Counted from the stretch's first letter, positions 21,100 to 31,808 are shown. The stretch is 64,000 nucleotides of DNA from an uncultured delta proteobacterium (GCA_963808625.1 CAWEHK010000054.1:30051-94050), one strand, 5' to 3'. The notes: generated from the sequence alone by a model not told the origin. Numbers and translations are program-made.

Positions 21100-22830
21100 A
21101 TGAAAAAGGTGAACATGAAAACCACAATTCGAATGAGGAGGAGAGGAATGAAGAGGACAGGATTGCGTTGCGGGCTGTTCGTTGCATTTCTTTCACTTTT
21201 GCTGTTTGCCGGGGCCTTTCCAGTTGCTGCTACGGTCATCTTCAGTGATGACTTCGAGACGGGACAGGGAGATTGGAACATTGAGAATGGTATCTGGGAA
21301 ATCGGGACTCCCACTTCCGGGCCGAATGGGTGTCACGGCGGCGCAAACTGCGCAGGTACGGTTCTGAGTGGAAATTATCCAGATTGCACTGATAGTCGCC
21401 TCATCAGTCCGCCGATTACCCTCCCTGCCGTGACCGGCCATGAGGAGATTCAACTCCGGTTCTGGCACTGGTTCTACTACCAGCCGGGTGGGGCTGATTG
21501 GGGCGTCGTTCAGATCTCTGCGTATAATCCTGACACTCTCAAGTGGTCAGGATGGGCGGATATCAGCGGCGCTATTTGGGAGATCGGTGCTGTCTGGTCA
21601 TTGAGAAATGTTGATCTGACCGCTTATGCCGGGAAAAGGGTGAAAATCGCATTTGCCCATGTCGCCGACTGCGGTTCTACCTATCCAGGCTGGTACATCG
21701 ATGACGTCCAAGTGGATAAGTATGTCCCTGTCTTCAGTGGTGACTTCGAGGGCGGCTGGGGAGACTGGTCTGCTGACAACGGCGTCTGGGAAATCGGGAC
21801 TCCTACCGTTGGGCCGAAGGCGTGTTATGGGGGATCGAACTGTGCCGGCACAGTTCTAAATGGGAGTTATCCGGACTGCACCGATAGTCGCCTCATCATG
21901 CCTACAATGACACTCCCCACTGTCACCGGCGACAAAGAGGTTATCCTGAGGTTTTGGCACTGGTTCTATTATCAACCCGGGGGCGCCGATTACGGGGTCG
22001 TTCAGATCTCTGTCAACAATGGGAGTGGGGTGTGGTCGAAATGGGCAAATCTAAGCAATCCTATCGTGGAGATTAGTAGTAAATGGTCACGAAAGGATGT
22101 TGATCTGACCGCTTATGCCGGGAAAACGGTGAGGATCGCATTTGTCCATGTCCCCGATTGTGGATCCACGTATGCTGGCTGGTACATCGATGACGTCTAC
22201 ATCGCGCCTCCACCGTGTCCGCTCCCAATCATTACATCTTTTGCTGCAAAGCCAACCTTAGGACCGTCTCCGTTACACGTTAAGTTTACCTGCAAGGCAA
22301 CAGATTCAGATGGAACCATCGAGAAATACCAATGGGATTTTGGTGATGGTAACCAGAGCGAGACGGACAATGGAACAATTCAACACACCTACCCAAAGGA
22401 TGGTGTCTACAAGCCAAAGGTGACGGTGGTTGACAATTGTGGCGGCAGTACCTCGAAGTCCACTAAGATCATGGTGGGAATTAATCCAGAATTGACTGGA
22501 AAGGCTGAAGAATACCAGTTTTCTGACTTAACCAAGACCATCAACATAAAATTCAGGGTTACCAACTCTGGCAACCTTGCTGCAGGTCCTTTCAAAGTGA
22601 GCTTCCATCTTTCGACCAATGGTACTACGCCGCTTGCTGCGTTCAAGGAGCTTCAAGTTGATGCTCTCGGAGTCAAGCAGAGCACGCTCCTGGATGTTGA
22701 CCAGACCTTCACAAGTTCAATTTATGGCAAGTATATTCTTATCTACATCGACCCCAAGCATGAGCTTCCGGAGCTGGATGACACAACCAATGGGACACGA
22801 ATAGTCATCCAGAACATGACCACCAAATAG
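21100..22830 (+). CDS. Secreted protein: two tandem MAM/cleaved-adhesin-like beta-sandwich repeats, PKD and CARDB-like domains
   Basis: Signal peptide; the internal repeat FS.DFE.G.GDW...WEIGTP...LRFWHWFYYQPGGAD...GWYIDDV occurs twice; KYQWDFGDG PKD motif. Confidence 0.85.
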   Translation: MKKVNMKTTIRMRRRGMKRTGLRCGLFVAFLSLLLFAGAFPVAATVIFSDDFETGQGDWNIENGIWEIGTPTSGPNGCHGGANCAGTVLSGNYPDCTDSRLISPPITLPAVTGHEEIQLRFWHWFYYQPGGADWGVVQISAYNPDTLKWSGWADISGAIWEIGAVWSLRNVDLTAYAGKRVKIAFAHVADCGSTYPGWYIDDVQVDKYVPVFSGDFEGGWGDWSADNGVWEIGTPTVGPKACYGGSNCAGTVLNGSYPDCTDSRLIMPTMTLPTVTGDKEVILRFWHWFYYQPGGADYGVVQISVNNGSGVWSKWANLSNPIVEISSKWSRKDVDLTAYAGKTVRIAFVHVPDCGSTYAGWYIDDVYIAPPPCPLPIITSFAAKPTLGPSPLHVKFTCKATDSDGTIEKYQWDFGDGNQSETDNGTIQHTYPKDGVYKPKVTVVDNCGGSTSKSTKIMVGINPELTGKAEEYQFSDLTKTINIKFRVTNSGNLAAGPFKVSFHLSTNGTTPLAAFKELQVDALGVKQSTLLDVDQTFTSSIYGKYILIYIDPKHELPELDDTTNGTRIVIQNMTTK

Positions 22831-22836
22831 CAAAAT

Positions 22837-22888
22837 GGAGGGTCTTGGGAGCAGAGTCGGCAAGCCCACAAGCCTCCCAAGACCCTCC
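22837..22888 (+). terminator. Stem-loop after the secreted-protein gene
   Basis: 14-bp stem GGAGGGTCTTGGGA / TCCCAAGACCCTCC. Confidence 0.55.
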
Positions 22889-23254
22889 GGAAATTCCAGT
22901 ACGCGGTTAATATTGCTACCCAATTTGAGTGATTTTGAGGCTCCGGTCACCGATTCGGGCGGGCATAAACCCCGCCCCTACGAGAGGCTGGCTAACCCAC
23001 TCAGTACGCGATGCATCAATCGTCCAACGCTGCCGACAGGCACGCTCTCCTGGACAGATAACCGTCTTTATCAGGAAAAGGTTTTGCTGAGCTACCGAGC
23101 GGTTTTCTGCGGCAGCGAGGTGCTTGATCTCCATATCGAGCTCCTTTTGAATACCTGTCCCGCCCTCAGATCAAGAAAATAGTACTTGAAGTAGACAGCC
23201 ATGCACCCTTAAAATAAGATGAAGATGCCATAAAATCCTGGCAGGAGAGAAGCC

Positions 23255-23527
23255 ATGAAAAAAAGGACCCTTCGTAATTTCCATGTGCCCTTGTCTGAGG
23301 ACCTTTACCGGAGGTTGCGGGAAGAAGCGGACCGCTCCAGGCAACCCGCTACCGCCCTTGCCAGGCATGCCATTGATAACTGGCTGAAGCAAGAGCGGAA
23401 AGCCGCTCTTCACAGCGCCATCGCAACATACGCCGTACGCCATGCCGGAACCGCTCTTGACCTCGATGAGGACCTTGAAGCAGCGTCACTGGAACACCTG
23501 CTAACTCAAGAGGAAAGCGGACAATGA
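23255..23527 (+). CDS. Ribbon-helix-helix-type antitoxin
   Basis: 90 aa, overlaps the start of the PemK/MazF toxin (ATGA). Confidence 0.75.
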   Translation: MKKRTLRNFHVPLSEDLYRRLREEADRSRQPATALARHAIDNWLKQERKAALHSAIATYAVRHAGTALDLDEDLEAASLEHLLTQEESGQ

Positions 23528-23871
23528 AACGGGGAGACATCTGCTGGGCTGAAATTGCACCCCGTTCCGGTTCTGAGCAAAGCGGTCGCAGGCCTGTCAT
23601 CATTGTCTCCCACGACGGATTCAACCAGGCTCCCGGGTGGCGTTCCATTATCGTGGTGCCGCTTTCCACCTCAGCGACCCAGGCGATGCGCGGCCCGACG
23701 GCCGTCAATATTCCACAAGGAGTTGGCGGCCTCAGAAAAGCCAGCATCGCCCTGTGTCACCAGGTCACTACGCTGGACCGAGGGAAGCTCACCGAGCGCA
23801 TGGGAAGCCTGCCCAAAGATCTTCTAGAGCAGGTCGAAGAAAGTTTGAAAAGTGCGCTCGATCTTGAATAG
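23524..23871 (+). CDS. mazF: PemK/MazF toxin
   Basis: MKRGDI...GSEQSGRRPVIIVS..FN, VVPLST, HQVTTLDR. Confidence 0.9.
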   Translation: MKRGDICWAEIAPRSGSEQSGRRPVIIVSHDGFNQAPGWRSIIVVPLSTSATQAMRGPTAVNIPQGVGGLRKASIALCHQVTTLDRGKLTERMGSLPKDLLEQVEESLKSALDLE

Positions 23872-24209
23872 TGTGTCCAAAAAGTCCTTCTCAGCGTCTA
23901 TCCCGCATGCCCCCCGTCTAATGCCCGCACGGACATGCTCTGGCGGGGGGCTAAAAGCATCTGGATTCCCGCTAAAAGCCTGCGGGAATGACGCTCTGGG
24001 GCCCTTTCGGTTCTGTAGGCATTCAATACCCCATGGAGAATCCTTGTGTTGACGTAACTCTGCCCTTCACAGAATCTGTCGTTCAAGAAAATCTGTTTGA
24101 CAAAATCTGTTTGACAAAATCGAAGCCGAAAATTAGCGTGGCGCGGTTATCTTGGAAACGATCGCGGAGGTTTTCCGCGACCATCTCATTTCGTGAGGAG
24201 TGCCAACCT

Positions 24210-25348
24210 ATGGCAGAACGCATTCATAACTTCAACGCTGGCCCGGCGGCTTTGCCGCTCCCGGTGCTCGAGGAAATTCAACGGGACATGCTGAACTTCC
24301 GGGCACGGGCATGTCCATCCTGGAAATCAGCCACCGGTCGAAACCGTTCGAGAGCGTCTTGGATGATACCATCGCCCGCATCAAGCGCCTGCTCCATCTC
24401 GATGACCGCTACCAGGTGCTGTTCCTCCAGGGAGGAGCAAGCCTTCAGTTTTGCATGATTCCCATGAATCTGGCACTGCCCGGCAAACCCCTGGCCTATA
24501 TCGACACCGGCACCTGGGCCACCAACGCCATCAAGCAAGCCAGGATCCAGGGAAAACCCGTCACCGTCGTCGCCAGTTCGGAAGACCGGGAATACACGTA
24601 TATTCCCAAAGACTATGCCGTGCCCGCCGACGCGGCCTATCTCCACTTCACTTCCAACAACACCATCCGCGGGACCCAGTGGCGCGACTTTCCCGAGGCC
24701 GGCGACGTGCCTCTCATCAGTGACATGTCTTCCGACATCTTCAGCCGGACTTTCGATCCACAGCCGCTCGGGCTGATCTATGCCGGGGCCCAGAAGAATG
24801 CCGGGCCGGCTGGAGTCACGCTGGTAATCATTCGCGATGACATGCTGGCGCGCGTTCCCAAAGACCTTCCGACCATGCTGCAATACACGACTTTCGCGGA
24901 AAAGAAGTCGATGTTCAACACGCCGCCATGCTTTGCCGTCTACGTCGTCAACCTGGTGATGAAGTGGCTCGAAGAGACCATCGGCGGTCTGGCCAAAATG
25001 GAGGCAATCAATCAACAAAAAGCCCGGTTGATCTACGAATACCTCGATGGTCAGGATTTTTATCGCGGCACGGCGGTGCCGGATTCCCGGTCACACATGA
25101 ACATTACCTTTCGGCTGCCGACCCCGGAACTGGAGGAGACGTTTCTGAAACTAGCTACCGCCAACGGCCTCGGGGGCCTGAAGGGGCATCGTTCGGTGGG
25201 CGGGTGCCGGGCTTCTCTGTACAATGCCGTCCCTCTTGAATCAGTCCAGGCCCTCGTGGACTTCATGAAGGAATTCCTTAGAGAAGAACGGATAAGGCGC
25301 GCCAGAGATGACCTCGTGCCAGGATTACCACCGCCATACAAGCTATGA
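24210..25348 (+). CDS. serC: Phosphoserine aminotransferase, frameshifted near 24300; the true stop is possibly near 25294
   Basis: HNFNAGPAALP, SILEISHRS, LQGGASLQF, DMSSDI, GAQKNAGPAG, NTPP and KGHRSVGGCRASLYNA. Confidence 0.95.
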
Positions 25349-26828
25349 CCGGCACCAGATGGAAGGCCATTTTTTGGATTGGTCCAATCAGCCGAGCGTC
25401 TACAAGGAATATGACGACCTCAAGGCTGTTCCGTTGCCGGTTGCAGCACCCGCGCCGGAAGTCTCACTCTCCGAGATCGTGCTGAGCGACCGCGGGGAAG
25501 AACTGCCGGCATCTTTTTCCCTGGAACAATTGAGCCGGATTTTTTCCCTGGCGTATTGCCTCACCGCCAGGAGTGTCCATGCAAATGGTGAATTTTTCTA
25601 CCGGAGCGTCCCCTCAGCCGGAGCGCTCTACCCATATGAACTCTACGTGGCTGCCCGCTCCCTTTCAGGCCTGCCGGACGGGCTCTACCATTACGCCATC
25701 AGCCGGCGAGCTCTGGTACAGGTTCGTCCCGGCAATTACCTCGATGAGCTCTGTTCCCCCTTGCGACCAGGGGCGGCGGAAGAGGCCCCGCGGTTGATGT
25801 TTTTTGTGACGGCGATCTTTTTCCGCAGCGCCTGGAAGTATCGAGCACGCTCCTACCGGTACCATCTCATGGACTCCGGCCACCTTCTCGAAAGTCTCAT
25901 CCTGGCGCTGAAGGCGCTTGGTTTGCCGGGCGAACTAATTCTTGATTTCGACGATGAAGGAATCAACTCTTTTCTGGGCTGCGACACGGAGCGGGAAGTC
26001 TGCCTGGGCCTCGTTTCGGTCGGTTGCCAGGGGGAATTTGCGGGACTTGCAGCAAACCTCCCGGCCGGGCTGCCGGAGGCCCTTGCTGCGGCCAGCCGGG
26101 TCGCGCCGAAGGAGATCGTTTATCCGGCTTTGCAGGACATACACCTTGCCGGCTCCAGGGTGGGCGCGCCACCAGGCGTGATCCCGGCGATGATCGGGGA
26201 GGTGGGCGACCTTCCGACTTCCTGGCAGCCCATCCCCGAAGCTAAAGTCTGGCCGGAACAGATGCCGTACGGCGAAGCGGTGAGGCAGCGGCGCTCCCGT
26301 CGTAATTTTATTAACGAGGCACTACCCCAGGCTGTTTTTCAAGCTTTCACAACGTTGCTTTGCGCCGGCAGCGAGGCCCCCGGCAGCCGGTCTCGACACC
26401 AGCGGCAGACTCTTGCCTTGGGCTTCCTGGCCGGGAATGTGGAAGGGCTCGATCCCGGCTGTTATTGGCTGGACCCTTCGCCGCACCGGATTGGCATGAC
26501 TCGGCCGGGCGCGCTCCTGGCACGGATGGCGCATATTTGCCTCGACCAGGAGTGGCTGACGCAGGCAAGCGTGCATTTCTTCTTCGTGACGAACCTCGGG
26601 CTCCTCGACAAGGTCTGGGGTGCGCGCGGGTATCGCTACGCCATGATGACGGCAGGTCGCCTGGGCCAGATGGTCTATATGGCAGCGACCTCTTTGGGGC
26701 TGGGGTGTTGCGGAATCGGTGCGTTCTATGACAAGGAAGCGGCAGCCTTGCTGGGACTGAACGAGGCCTCGGCGATGCTTTATCTCCTGGGGGTGGGAGC
26801 GGTGAAGCGAGTAAGGAGTAGGGAGTAG
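25308..26828 (+). CDS. SagB/ThcOx-family (double nitroreductase domain) oxidoreductase
   Basis: RSVPSAGALYPYE, WKYRARSYRY, RRSRRNF and RGYRYAMMTAG..GQ..GCCGIGAFYD. Confidence 0.88.
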   Translation: MTSCQDYHRHTSYDRHQMEGHFLDWSNQPSVYKEYDDLKAVPLPVAAPAPEVSLSEIVLSDRGEELPASFSLEQLSRIFSLAYCLTARSVHANGEFFYRSVPSAGALYPYELYVAARSLSGLPDGLYHYAISRRALVQVRPGNYLDELCSPLRPGAAEEAPRLMFFVTAIFFRSAWKYRARSYRYHLMDSGHLLESLILALKALGLPGELILDFDDEGINSFLGCDTEREVCLGLVSVGCQGEFAGLAANLPAGLPEALAAASRVAPKEIVYPALQDIHLAGSRVGAPPGVIPAMIGEVGDLPTSWQPIPEAKVWPEQMPYGEAVRQRRSRRNFINEALPQAVFQAFTTLLCAGSEAPGSRSRHQRQTLALGFLAGNVEGLDPGCYWLDPSPHRIGMTRPGALLARMAHICLDQEWLTQASVHFFFVTNLGLLDKVWGARGYRYAMMTAGRLGQMVYMAATSLGLGCCGIGAFYDKEAAALLGLNEASAMLYLLGVGAVKRVRSRE

Positions 26829-26890
26829 GGAGTAGGGAGTAAGGAGTAGGGAGTAAGCAGTAAGGAGGAGGGAGCAGGGAGTGACGAGTG
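26809..26890 (+). repeat. Degenerate heptamer tandem array (GGAGTAG/GGAGTAA-like, about 11 units)
   Basis: GAGTAAG GAGTAGG GAGTAGG GAGTAGG GAGTAAG ..., spanning the oxidoreductase stop codon. Confidence 0.85.
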
Positions 26891-27200
26891 GGGGGGAGGG
26901 CATCATGAGTGGGTGCAAGCAAAACTGGGAGCTGGGAGTCGCATAAGGCTATGCCGATAGTAGAGCCGGGATAAGGAAGGGAAATCAGTGCGATGCTGAG
27001 AAAATACCCGTGTGTGTGCAGAGCAAGTCAGTCGAAATCCACAGTGGTTTTGGTGGGCACGGTAAAGCTGTGCCCACCCTACGCATAGATCGTGGCGCGG
27101 CGCATCTACCTGCGCCCACCGAAACCCTACAGGCCATTCGCAATCAGGTGCTGGCCACCGGGGGACGACCGCCGGCTCCTACTTCAAATTACACCCATCC

Positions 27201-27331
27201 TCACTTCCTACTTCTTACTTCCTACTCCCTGCTCCCTACTTCTTACTCCTTACTGCCTACTTCCTACTTCCTACTCCCTATCCCCTACTCCTTACTGCCT
27301 ACTTCCTACTTCTTACTCCTTACTGCCTACT
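27201..27331 (-). repeat. Inverse heptamer tandem array (CTACTTC/CTACTCC, about 18 units)
   Basis: Reverse complement of the 26809 array, immediately 3' of xth. Confidence 0.85.
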
Positions 27332-27335
27332 CTTT

Positions 27336-28124
27336 TCACAGTTTCTCCAGATCAAACTCCGCCCACACCGGGGTGTGGTCGCTCGGGGTCTCGCGGCCCC
27401 GCAGGTCGTTGTCCACCAGGCAATTCACGCACACGCCGGCGAGCGGACCGGTGGCCAGGATGTGGTCGAGACGCCATCCGAGGTTCCGCTCAAAGCTCTT
27501 GGGGAGCCGATAGTCCCAGAAGGTGAACTGTTTCTGATCGGGATGATGTTTTCGAAAACAATCGATGAAACCCCATGAAGACACATCGGAAAGCGCCTGG
27601 CGCTCGAGGGGATGACAACCGACGCTGCCCTCGAGACGTTTGGGATCGAAAACATCGAGGGCGGTGGGGGCGACATTCAGGTCCCCGGTCCAAAGGAGCG
27701 GCTGAGCAGGGTCAAAATGGGCTTGAAGCCAGCGTCTCAGCCGTGCAAAGTAGCCGAGCTTGTACTGAAATGCCGGGTGATCCGGGTCACGGCCCTGGGG
27801 CACATAAGTATTCACGGCCCAGATCCCGTCAACCTTTAGCGCAATGAGCCTCGCTTCCTCGTCCGGTTCACCGTCGGCAAACTCTCTGATCAGCTGTTCC
27901 GGTTTCCGCCTGGTGAAAACGGCAACACCATTGAAAGATTTCTGGCCACGGATGCTGACATGGTAACCCGCTTCTTCGAAGACCTCCGCGGGGAAATCTT
28001 TCTCCTGGCATTTTACTTCCTGTAAACAAAGGACGTCGGGTTGATGTGCCTTGATCCAGTCCACCACTACCGCCAAGCGGGCTCGGATGCCATTGACATT
28101 GAAGGTGGCAAACTTCCAGCTCAT
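27336..28124 (-). CDS. xth: Exodeoxyribonuclease III
   Basis: [40 protein letters not shown] and PSDHTPV. Confidence 0.95.
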   Translation of the reverse strand: MSWKFATFNVNGIRARLAVVVDWIKAHQPDVLCLQEVKCQEKDFPAEVFEEAGYHVSIRGQKSFNGVAVFTRRKPEQLIREFADGEPDEEARLIALKVDGIWAVNTYVPQGRDPDHPAFQYKLGYFARLRRWLQAHFDPAQPLLWTGDLNVAPTALDVFDPKRLEGSVGCHPLERQALSDVSSWGFIDCFRKHHPDQKQFTFWDYRLPKSFERNLGWRLDHILATGPLAGVCVNCLVDNDLRGRETPSDHTPVWAEFDLEKL

Positions 28125-28365
28125 CCATGGAGCTCCGTGGGTTTTGAAGTCGCTATGCAAAATAAAACACCCGGAAGAGGCCGCCACCCCTTTCCGGGCA
28201 CATTTCACTGCTCATGCCGGATCGGACATTCACCGGTTCACATGGATTTCGAAATGAAAACACCACAGCCACGAGCCCGAATCCAACATGATCGCATTCA
28301 GCTAATCATTGGAATGGGTATCGAGTCTCCCATCCCGTCTGTGCTCATGTTTCGTTTCGACCTTT

Positions 28366-28484
28366 GGGGGCCGTCCAAAAATAAAAGGCCTTCTCTTACC
28401 ACGAAGAGTACGAAGCGATTTCTTCGCGTTCTTCGTGGTTCGAAAAAGGGCTGAAATGAGTGCAGCTTGTTCTTGGACAGTCTC
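28366..28484. mobile_element. MITE-like element, copy 1
   Basis: Ends GGCCGTCCAAAAA / TCTTGGACAGTC with an internal ACCACGAAG...CTTCGTGGT palindrome. An inverted copy lies at 43995-44119. Confidence 0.65.
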
Positions 28485-28488
28485 TCAG

Positions 28489-28619
28489 CAGGGTGTTGAA
28501 AACACCCGCCCCCAGCCTCACCCCGGCGGAAGCCGGGGTCCAGAAAACCATGCGGAGCCCGGTTTCCGGTTTTCACCGGTTGACGGACAGGGCCTTGGCG
28601 ACGCTTTTTCAACAACCTG
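28489..28619. mobile_element. Second MITE-like element with IS-type terminal repeats
   Basis: CAGGGTGTTGAAAA / TTTTCAACAACCTG (14 bp, 1 mismatch) enclosing a CCCCGGCGGAAGCCGGGG hairpin. Confidence 0.6.
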
Positions 28620-28634
28620 TCAGGGTAAGGAGGG

Positions 28635-29021
28635 CTAGTAAGGACGTCTGCCTCCACCTGACCGATCACCCGAGCCGCCCCCGCCTCGACCTCTGCCCCC
28701 AAAGCCACCACCTCCGCCTGAGCGACCGCCGGAACCGTAGCCACCCCCGCTACGTCCACGGCTTTGGCCGCCGCGACTCTCACGGGGCTTTGCCTCATTT
28801 ACGGTGAGAACTTGACCGCCAAGCTCTTTGCCGCTGAGTCCGGCGATGGCGGCCAATGCCTGGTCGCGGTCCGGCATCTCAACAAAAGCAAAGCCTCGAG
28901 ACTTGTGAGTGTATTGGTCCATGATGATCTTAACCGAATCCACTTCACCAAATGCCTCAAATTCCTTCTGTAATTCACCTTCAGTGGTCTTAAACGATAG
29001 ATTTCCGACAAAGATGTTCAT
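28635..29021 (-). CDS. RRM RNA-binding protein with Gly-rich tail
   Basis: MNIFVGNL (RNP2), SRGFAFVEM (RNP1), LTVNEAKPR and an RGG-rich tail. Confidence 0.95.
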   Translation of the reverse strand: MNIFVGNLSFKTTEGELQKEFEAFGEVDSVKIIMDQYTHKSRGFAFVEMPDRDQALAAIAGLSGKELGGQVLTVNEAKPRESRGGQSRGRSGGGYGSGGRSGGGGGFGGRGRGGGGSGDRSGGGRRPY

Positions 29022-29667
29022 AAAGATCCTTCTCTTCTCCTTGAAAAACAAATGCCTGTAACCAAACCCGTTTAGACCTGCCTGACCTGAATGTGGACAA
29101 AAAGTCCGCTCGGGAAATAGTCACTTTGAGACATCGCTCGGTTAGGGGTGATGATTCAAGTTCGCGGAGCCAGATATGCGACAGAAGTGATCGTGAATTT
29201 GGCGCCCCAAAAAACACTCATTGGCCGTTGTCGCCAGTTGTAGAAATCAGCTTAATCCAAGAGGGTGATCGAAATCAAGCGATAAGCGCCAAGATTAGCA
29301 GAAGGACGATCCCGTTTTTTGTTTTCAACCGGTACAAACGTCTCTATTATTACCCCGCGCCGACCTGTCCGACCCTTGGAAATTTTGGAGCATGTGTGAA
29401 GATTTGGCAGGCTGGAAAGCCTGCCCCACACAGCTTTATGGTCGTCACCTCGATATTAGAGATCACTTTCATGGAGGCGGGCGGTTGGCCAGCGTCATTT
29501 CTCCGGCAAAACTGCAAAACGCTGCAGCGACGATCGATGCCCTGGGGATTGAAAGCCAGGTCATCAAAACGGCGTTCATGATCTCGGCCCTGATTGCCGT
29601 GGTTGCCTCTCTCATGGGATTGTTCCTGGCCTGAGCTCCCGGCATCGCCAGCACTGGATGACAAGAG

Positions 29668-30270
29668 ATGACGGATTCTTGTTCCCACACAATGGGCAAA
29701 GGTGACGATGTATCCCTTATCCTGAAAGCCTTCAAATTCGCCGCCGGCAAGCACCGCGATCAACGCCGAAAGGATGAGCGGGCATCTCCTTACATCAATC
29801 ACCTGATCACGGTGGCAGAGACGCTCCGGGCAATCGGCGGCATCCGCGAAGTCGCGACGTTGGCCGCCGGGATCCTGCACGACATTATTGAGGACACCGC
29901 CACTTCTTTCGAAGAACTGGAGCGGGAATTCGGCCCGATGATCACCAGCATCGTAAGAGAACTCACCGATGATAAACAACTGCCAAAGCTCGTTAGAAAA
30001 CGTCTTCAAATCGAACACAGTGCGCACCTCTCGACGCCCGCACGCCACGTCAAAATTGCTGACAAAATCAGTAATCTTGATGACATCATTCACTCCCCTC
30101 CCGCAAGGTGGCCTCTTGAAAGGCAGGAGGAATACGTTATCTGGGCGGGCGAAGTGATCGATGGTTTGCGGGGCAGCAACGAGGCCCTCGAGCAGTGTTT
30201 TGACCGACTCTTCGCCGAGGCGCTGAATAAGATCGAAAAGAAGAAGAAGGGCCGACCACTGACGACGTGA
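29668..30270 (+). CDS. HD-domain hydrolase, small alarmone hydrolase (SpoT-HD/Mesh1-like)
   Basis: FAAGKHRDQRRK..SPYINH, LHDIIEDT and VKIADKISNL. Confidence 0.88.
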   Translation: MTDSCSHTMGKGDDVSLILKAFKFAAGKHRDQRRKDERASPYINHLITVAETLRAIGGIREVATLAAGILHDIIEDTATSFEELEREFGPMITSIVRELTDDKQLPKLVRKRLQIEHSAHLSTPARHVKIADKISNLDDIIHSPPARWPLERQEEYVIWAGEVIDGLRGSNEALEQCFDRLFAEALNKIEKKKKGRPLTT

Positions 30271-30321
30271 CATAAACCTTGCCAAAACCCGGCAAGAATG
30301 GTGCAATTTTGAAAGGAGGGA

Positions 30322-30633
30322 ATGCCAATGGTTATCATGCACGTTTTTATCCAGGTAAAACCCGAGTGCCTTGAAGCCTTTAAAGCGGCAACGGTGGAAA
30401 ACGCCAGGAACAGCGTTCAGGAGCCGGGGATTGCCCGCTTCGATGTGATTCAGCAAGAGGATGATCCGACCCGATTTGCGCTCGTCGAGGTCTACCGCAC
30501 GGCAGAAGCCCCCGCCCGACACAAGGAAACGGCTCACTACAAAAAATGGCTCGAAACGGCGGAACCGATGATGGCGGCTCCCCGGACGAGGACCTTCTAC
30601 ACCAACGTTTTTCCGGACGATCCCGACTGGTGA
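30322..30633 (+). CDS. Antibiotic biosynthesis monooxygenase family protein (LsrG-like)
   Basis: [16 protein letters not shown]...LVEVY..HKETAHY. Confidence 0.88.
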   Translation: MPMVIMHVFIQVKPECLEAFKAATVENARNSVQEPGIARFDVIQQEDDPTRFALVEVYRTAEAPARHKETAHYKKWLETAEPMMAAPRTRTFYTNVFPDDPDW

Positions 30634-30653
30634 GAGGGTCTGGTGAGGATTTG

Positions 30654-31808
30654 ATGCGCTTCGAATTTGCCACGTCCGGAAGGATCCTCTTTGGTGCGGG
30701 GACACTGCGCGAGGTCGCTCCTGTCGCAGCGGGCTTCGGAAAGCGCGCCCTGGTGGTGACGGGGCGCACCGTCGCGCGAGCGGAATGGCTGCTTGCGGAC
30801 CTGAAGTCAGCCGGCATGACCTGTACCACTTTTACCGTGAGCGGGGAACCAACTCTCGAGACGGTTCATTCCGGGGTCGAGCTCGCAAGGGGCGCAGGGT
30901 GTGAAGTGGTAATCGCGTTTGGGGGCGGCAGTGTCATCGATGCCGCCAAGGCCATTGCGGCGATGCTCACCAACCCTGGCGAGCTGCTCGATTACCTCGA
31001 GGTCATCGGCCGAGGACAGGCGCTTACGCAAGCCCCGGCGCCGTATCTGGCGGTTCCCACCACGGCGGGAACGGGAGCGGAAGTGACGCGCAACGCGGTC
31101 CTGGCTTCGCCCGACCACCGGGTCAAGGTCAGCTTGCGGAGCCCTTTGATGCTGCCCCGCCTGGCGGTGGTCGACCCGGAGTTGACCTACTCCCTGCCCC
31201 CGGATCTCACCGCCGGTACCGGCCTTGATGCCCTGACCCAGCTCATTGAACCCTACGTCTGCAAGAACCCGAACCCGATTACGGATGCGCTCTGCCGTGA
31301 GGGCATGCGAAACGCGGCCTGGGCGCTGCGGCGCGCGCATGCCGACGGGGGTGATGCCCTGGCCCGCGAAGCCATGGCCCTGGCAAGCCTTCTCGGGGGC
31401 ATGGCCCTGGCCAACGCCAAACTTGGGGCCGTGCACGGACTCTCCGGGACCCTGGGAGGGCTGTTCCCCGCACCCCACGGCATGATCTGTGCCCGCCTGC
31501 TGCCCCTGGTCATGGCGACGAATGCCCAGGCGCTGGAGGCCCGTACCGCGGCCTCTCCAACACGCGAACGTTTCGCCGAGGTCGCACAGATTCTAACCGG
31601 GTCCTCGACCGCAACCATCAGCGATGGCCTGGCCTGGCTCGAGGCTCTCTGCGCCGACCTGGCCGTGCCGCCTTTGTCCCGTTTTGGCGTGAACGAAAAC
31701 GCCTTCCCTGAAATCATCGCGCAAGCCCAAAAGGCCAGCAGCATGAAAGGCAATCCTGTTGAACTGACGGACGATGAATTGGCAGCTATTCTGCGACGAG
31801 CGCTTTAG
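30654..31808 (+). CDS. Iron-containing alcohol dehydrogenase
   Basis: GGGSVIDAAK, PTTAGTGAEVT, DALTQLIE, LGAVHG and PHG. Confidence 0.92.
   Translation: MRFEFATSGRILFGAGTLREVAPVAAGFGKRALVVTGRTVARAEWLLADLKSAGMTCTTFTVSGEPTLETVHSGVELARGAGCEVVIAFGGGSVIDAAKAIAAMLTNPGELLDYLEVIGRGQALTQAPAPYLAVPTTAGTGAEVTRNAVLASPDHRVKVSLRSPLMLPRLAVVDPELTYSLPPDLTAGTGLDALTQLIEPYVCKNPNPITDALCREGMRNAAWALRRAHADGGDALAREAMALASLLGGMALANAKLGAVHGLSGTLGGLFPAPHGMICARLLPLVMATNAQALEARTAASPTRERFAEVAQILTGSSTATISDGLAWLEALCADLAVPPLSRFGVNENAFPEIIAQAQKASSMKGNPVELTDDELAAILRRAL

Noticed and set aside
24088..24121. 14-bp tandem duplication AAAATCTGTTTGAC containing TTGACA upstream of serC
   Set aside because: It could be a duplicated -35 box or operator, but may equally be slippage or an assembly artefact; there is no further support.
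1..26828. ThiF enzyme and SagB-type oxidoreductase as maturases of the CC peptide
   Set aside because: They are more than 10 kb away and in other transcription units (SagB is coupled to serC), and no YcaO is present, so there is no sequence support for linkage.
26809..27331. CRISPR array
   Set aside because: These are degenerate contiguous 7-mers with no unique spacers, and no cas genes are in the window.
29350..30705. Long antisense ORFs (also 33110-34132, 42140-43480, 46036-47478, 54980-56665)
   Set aside because: These are shadow frames opposite well-supported genes in high-GC DNA.
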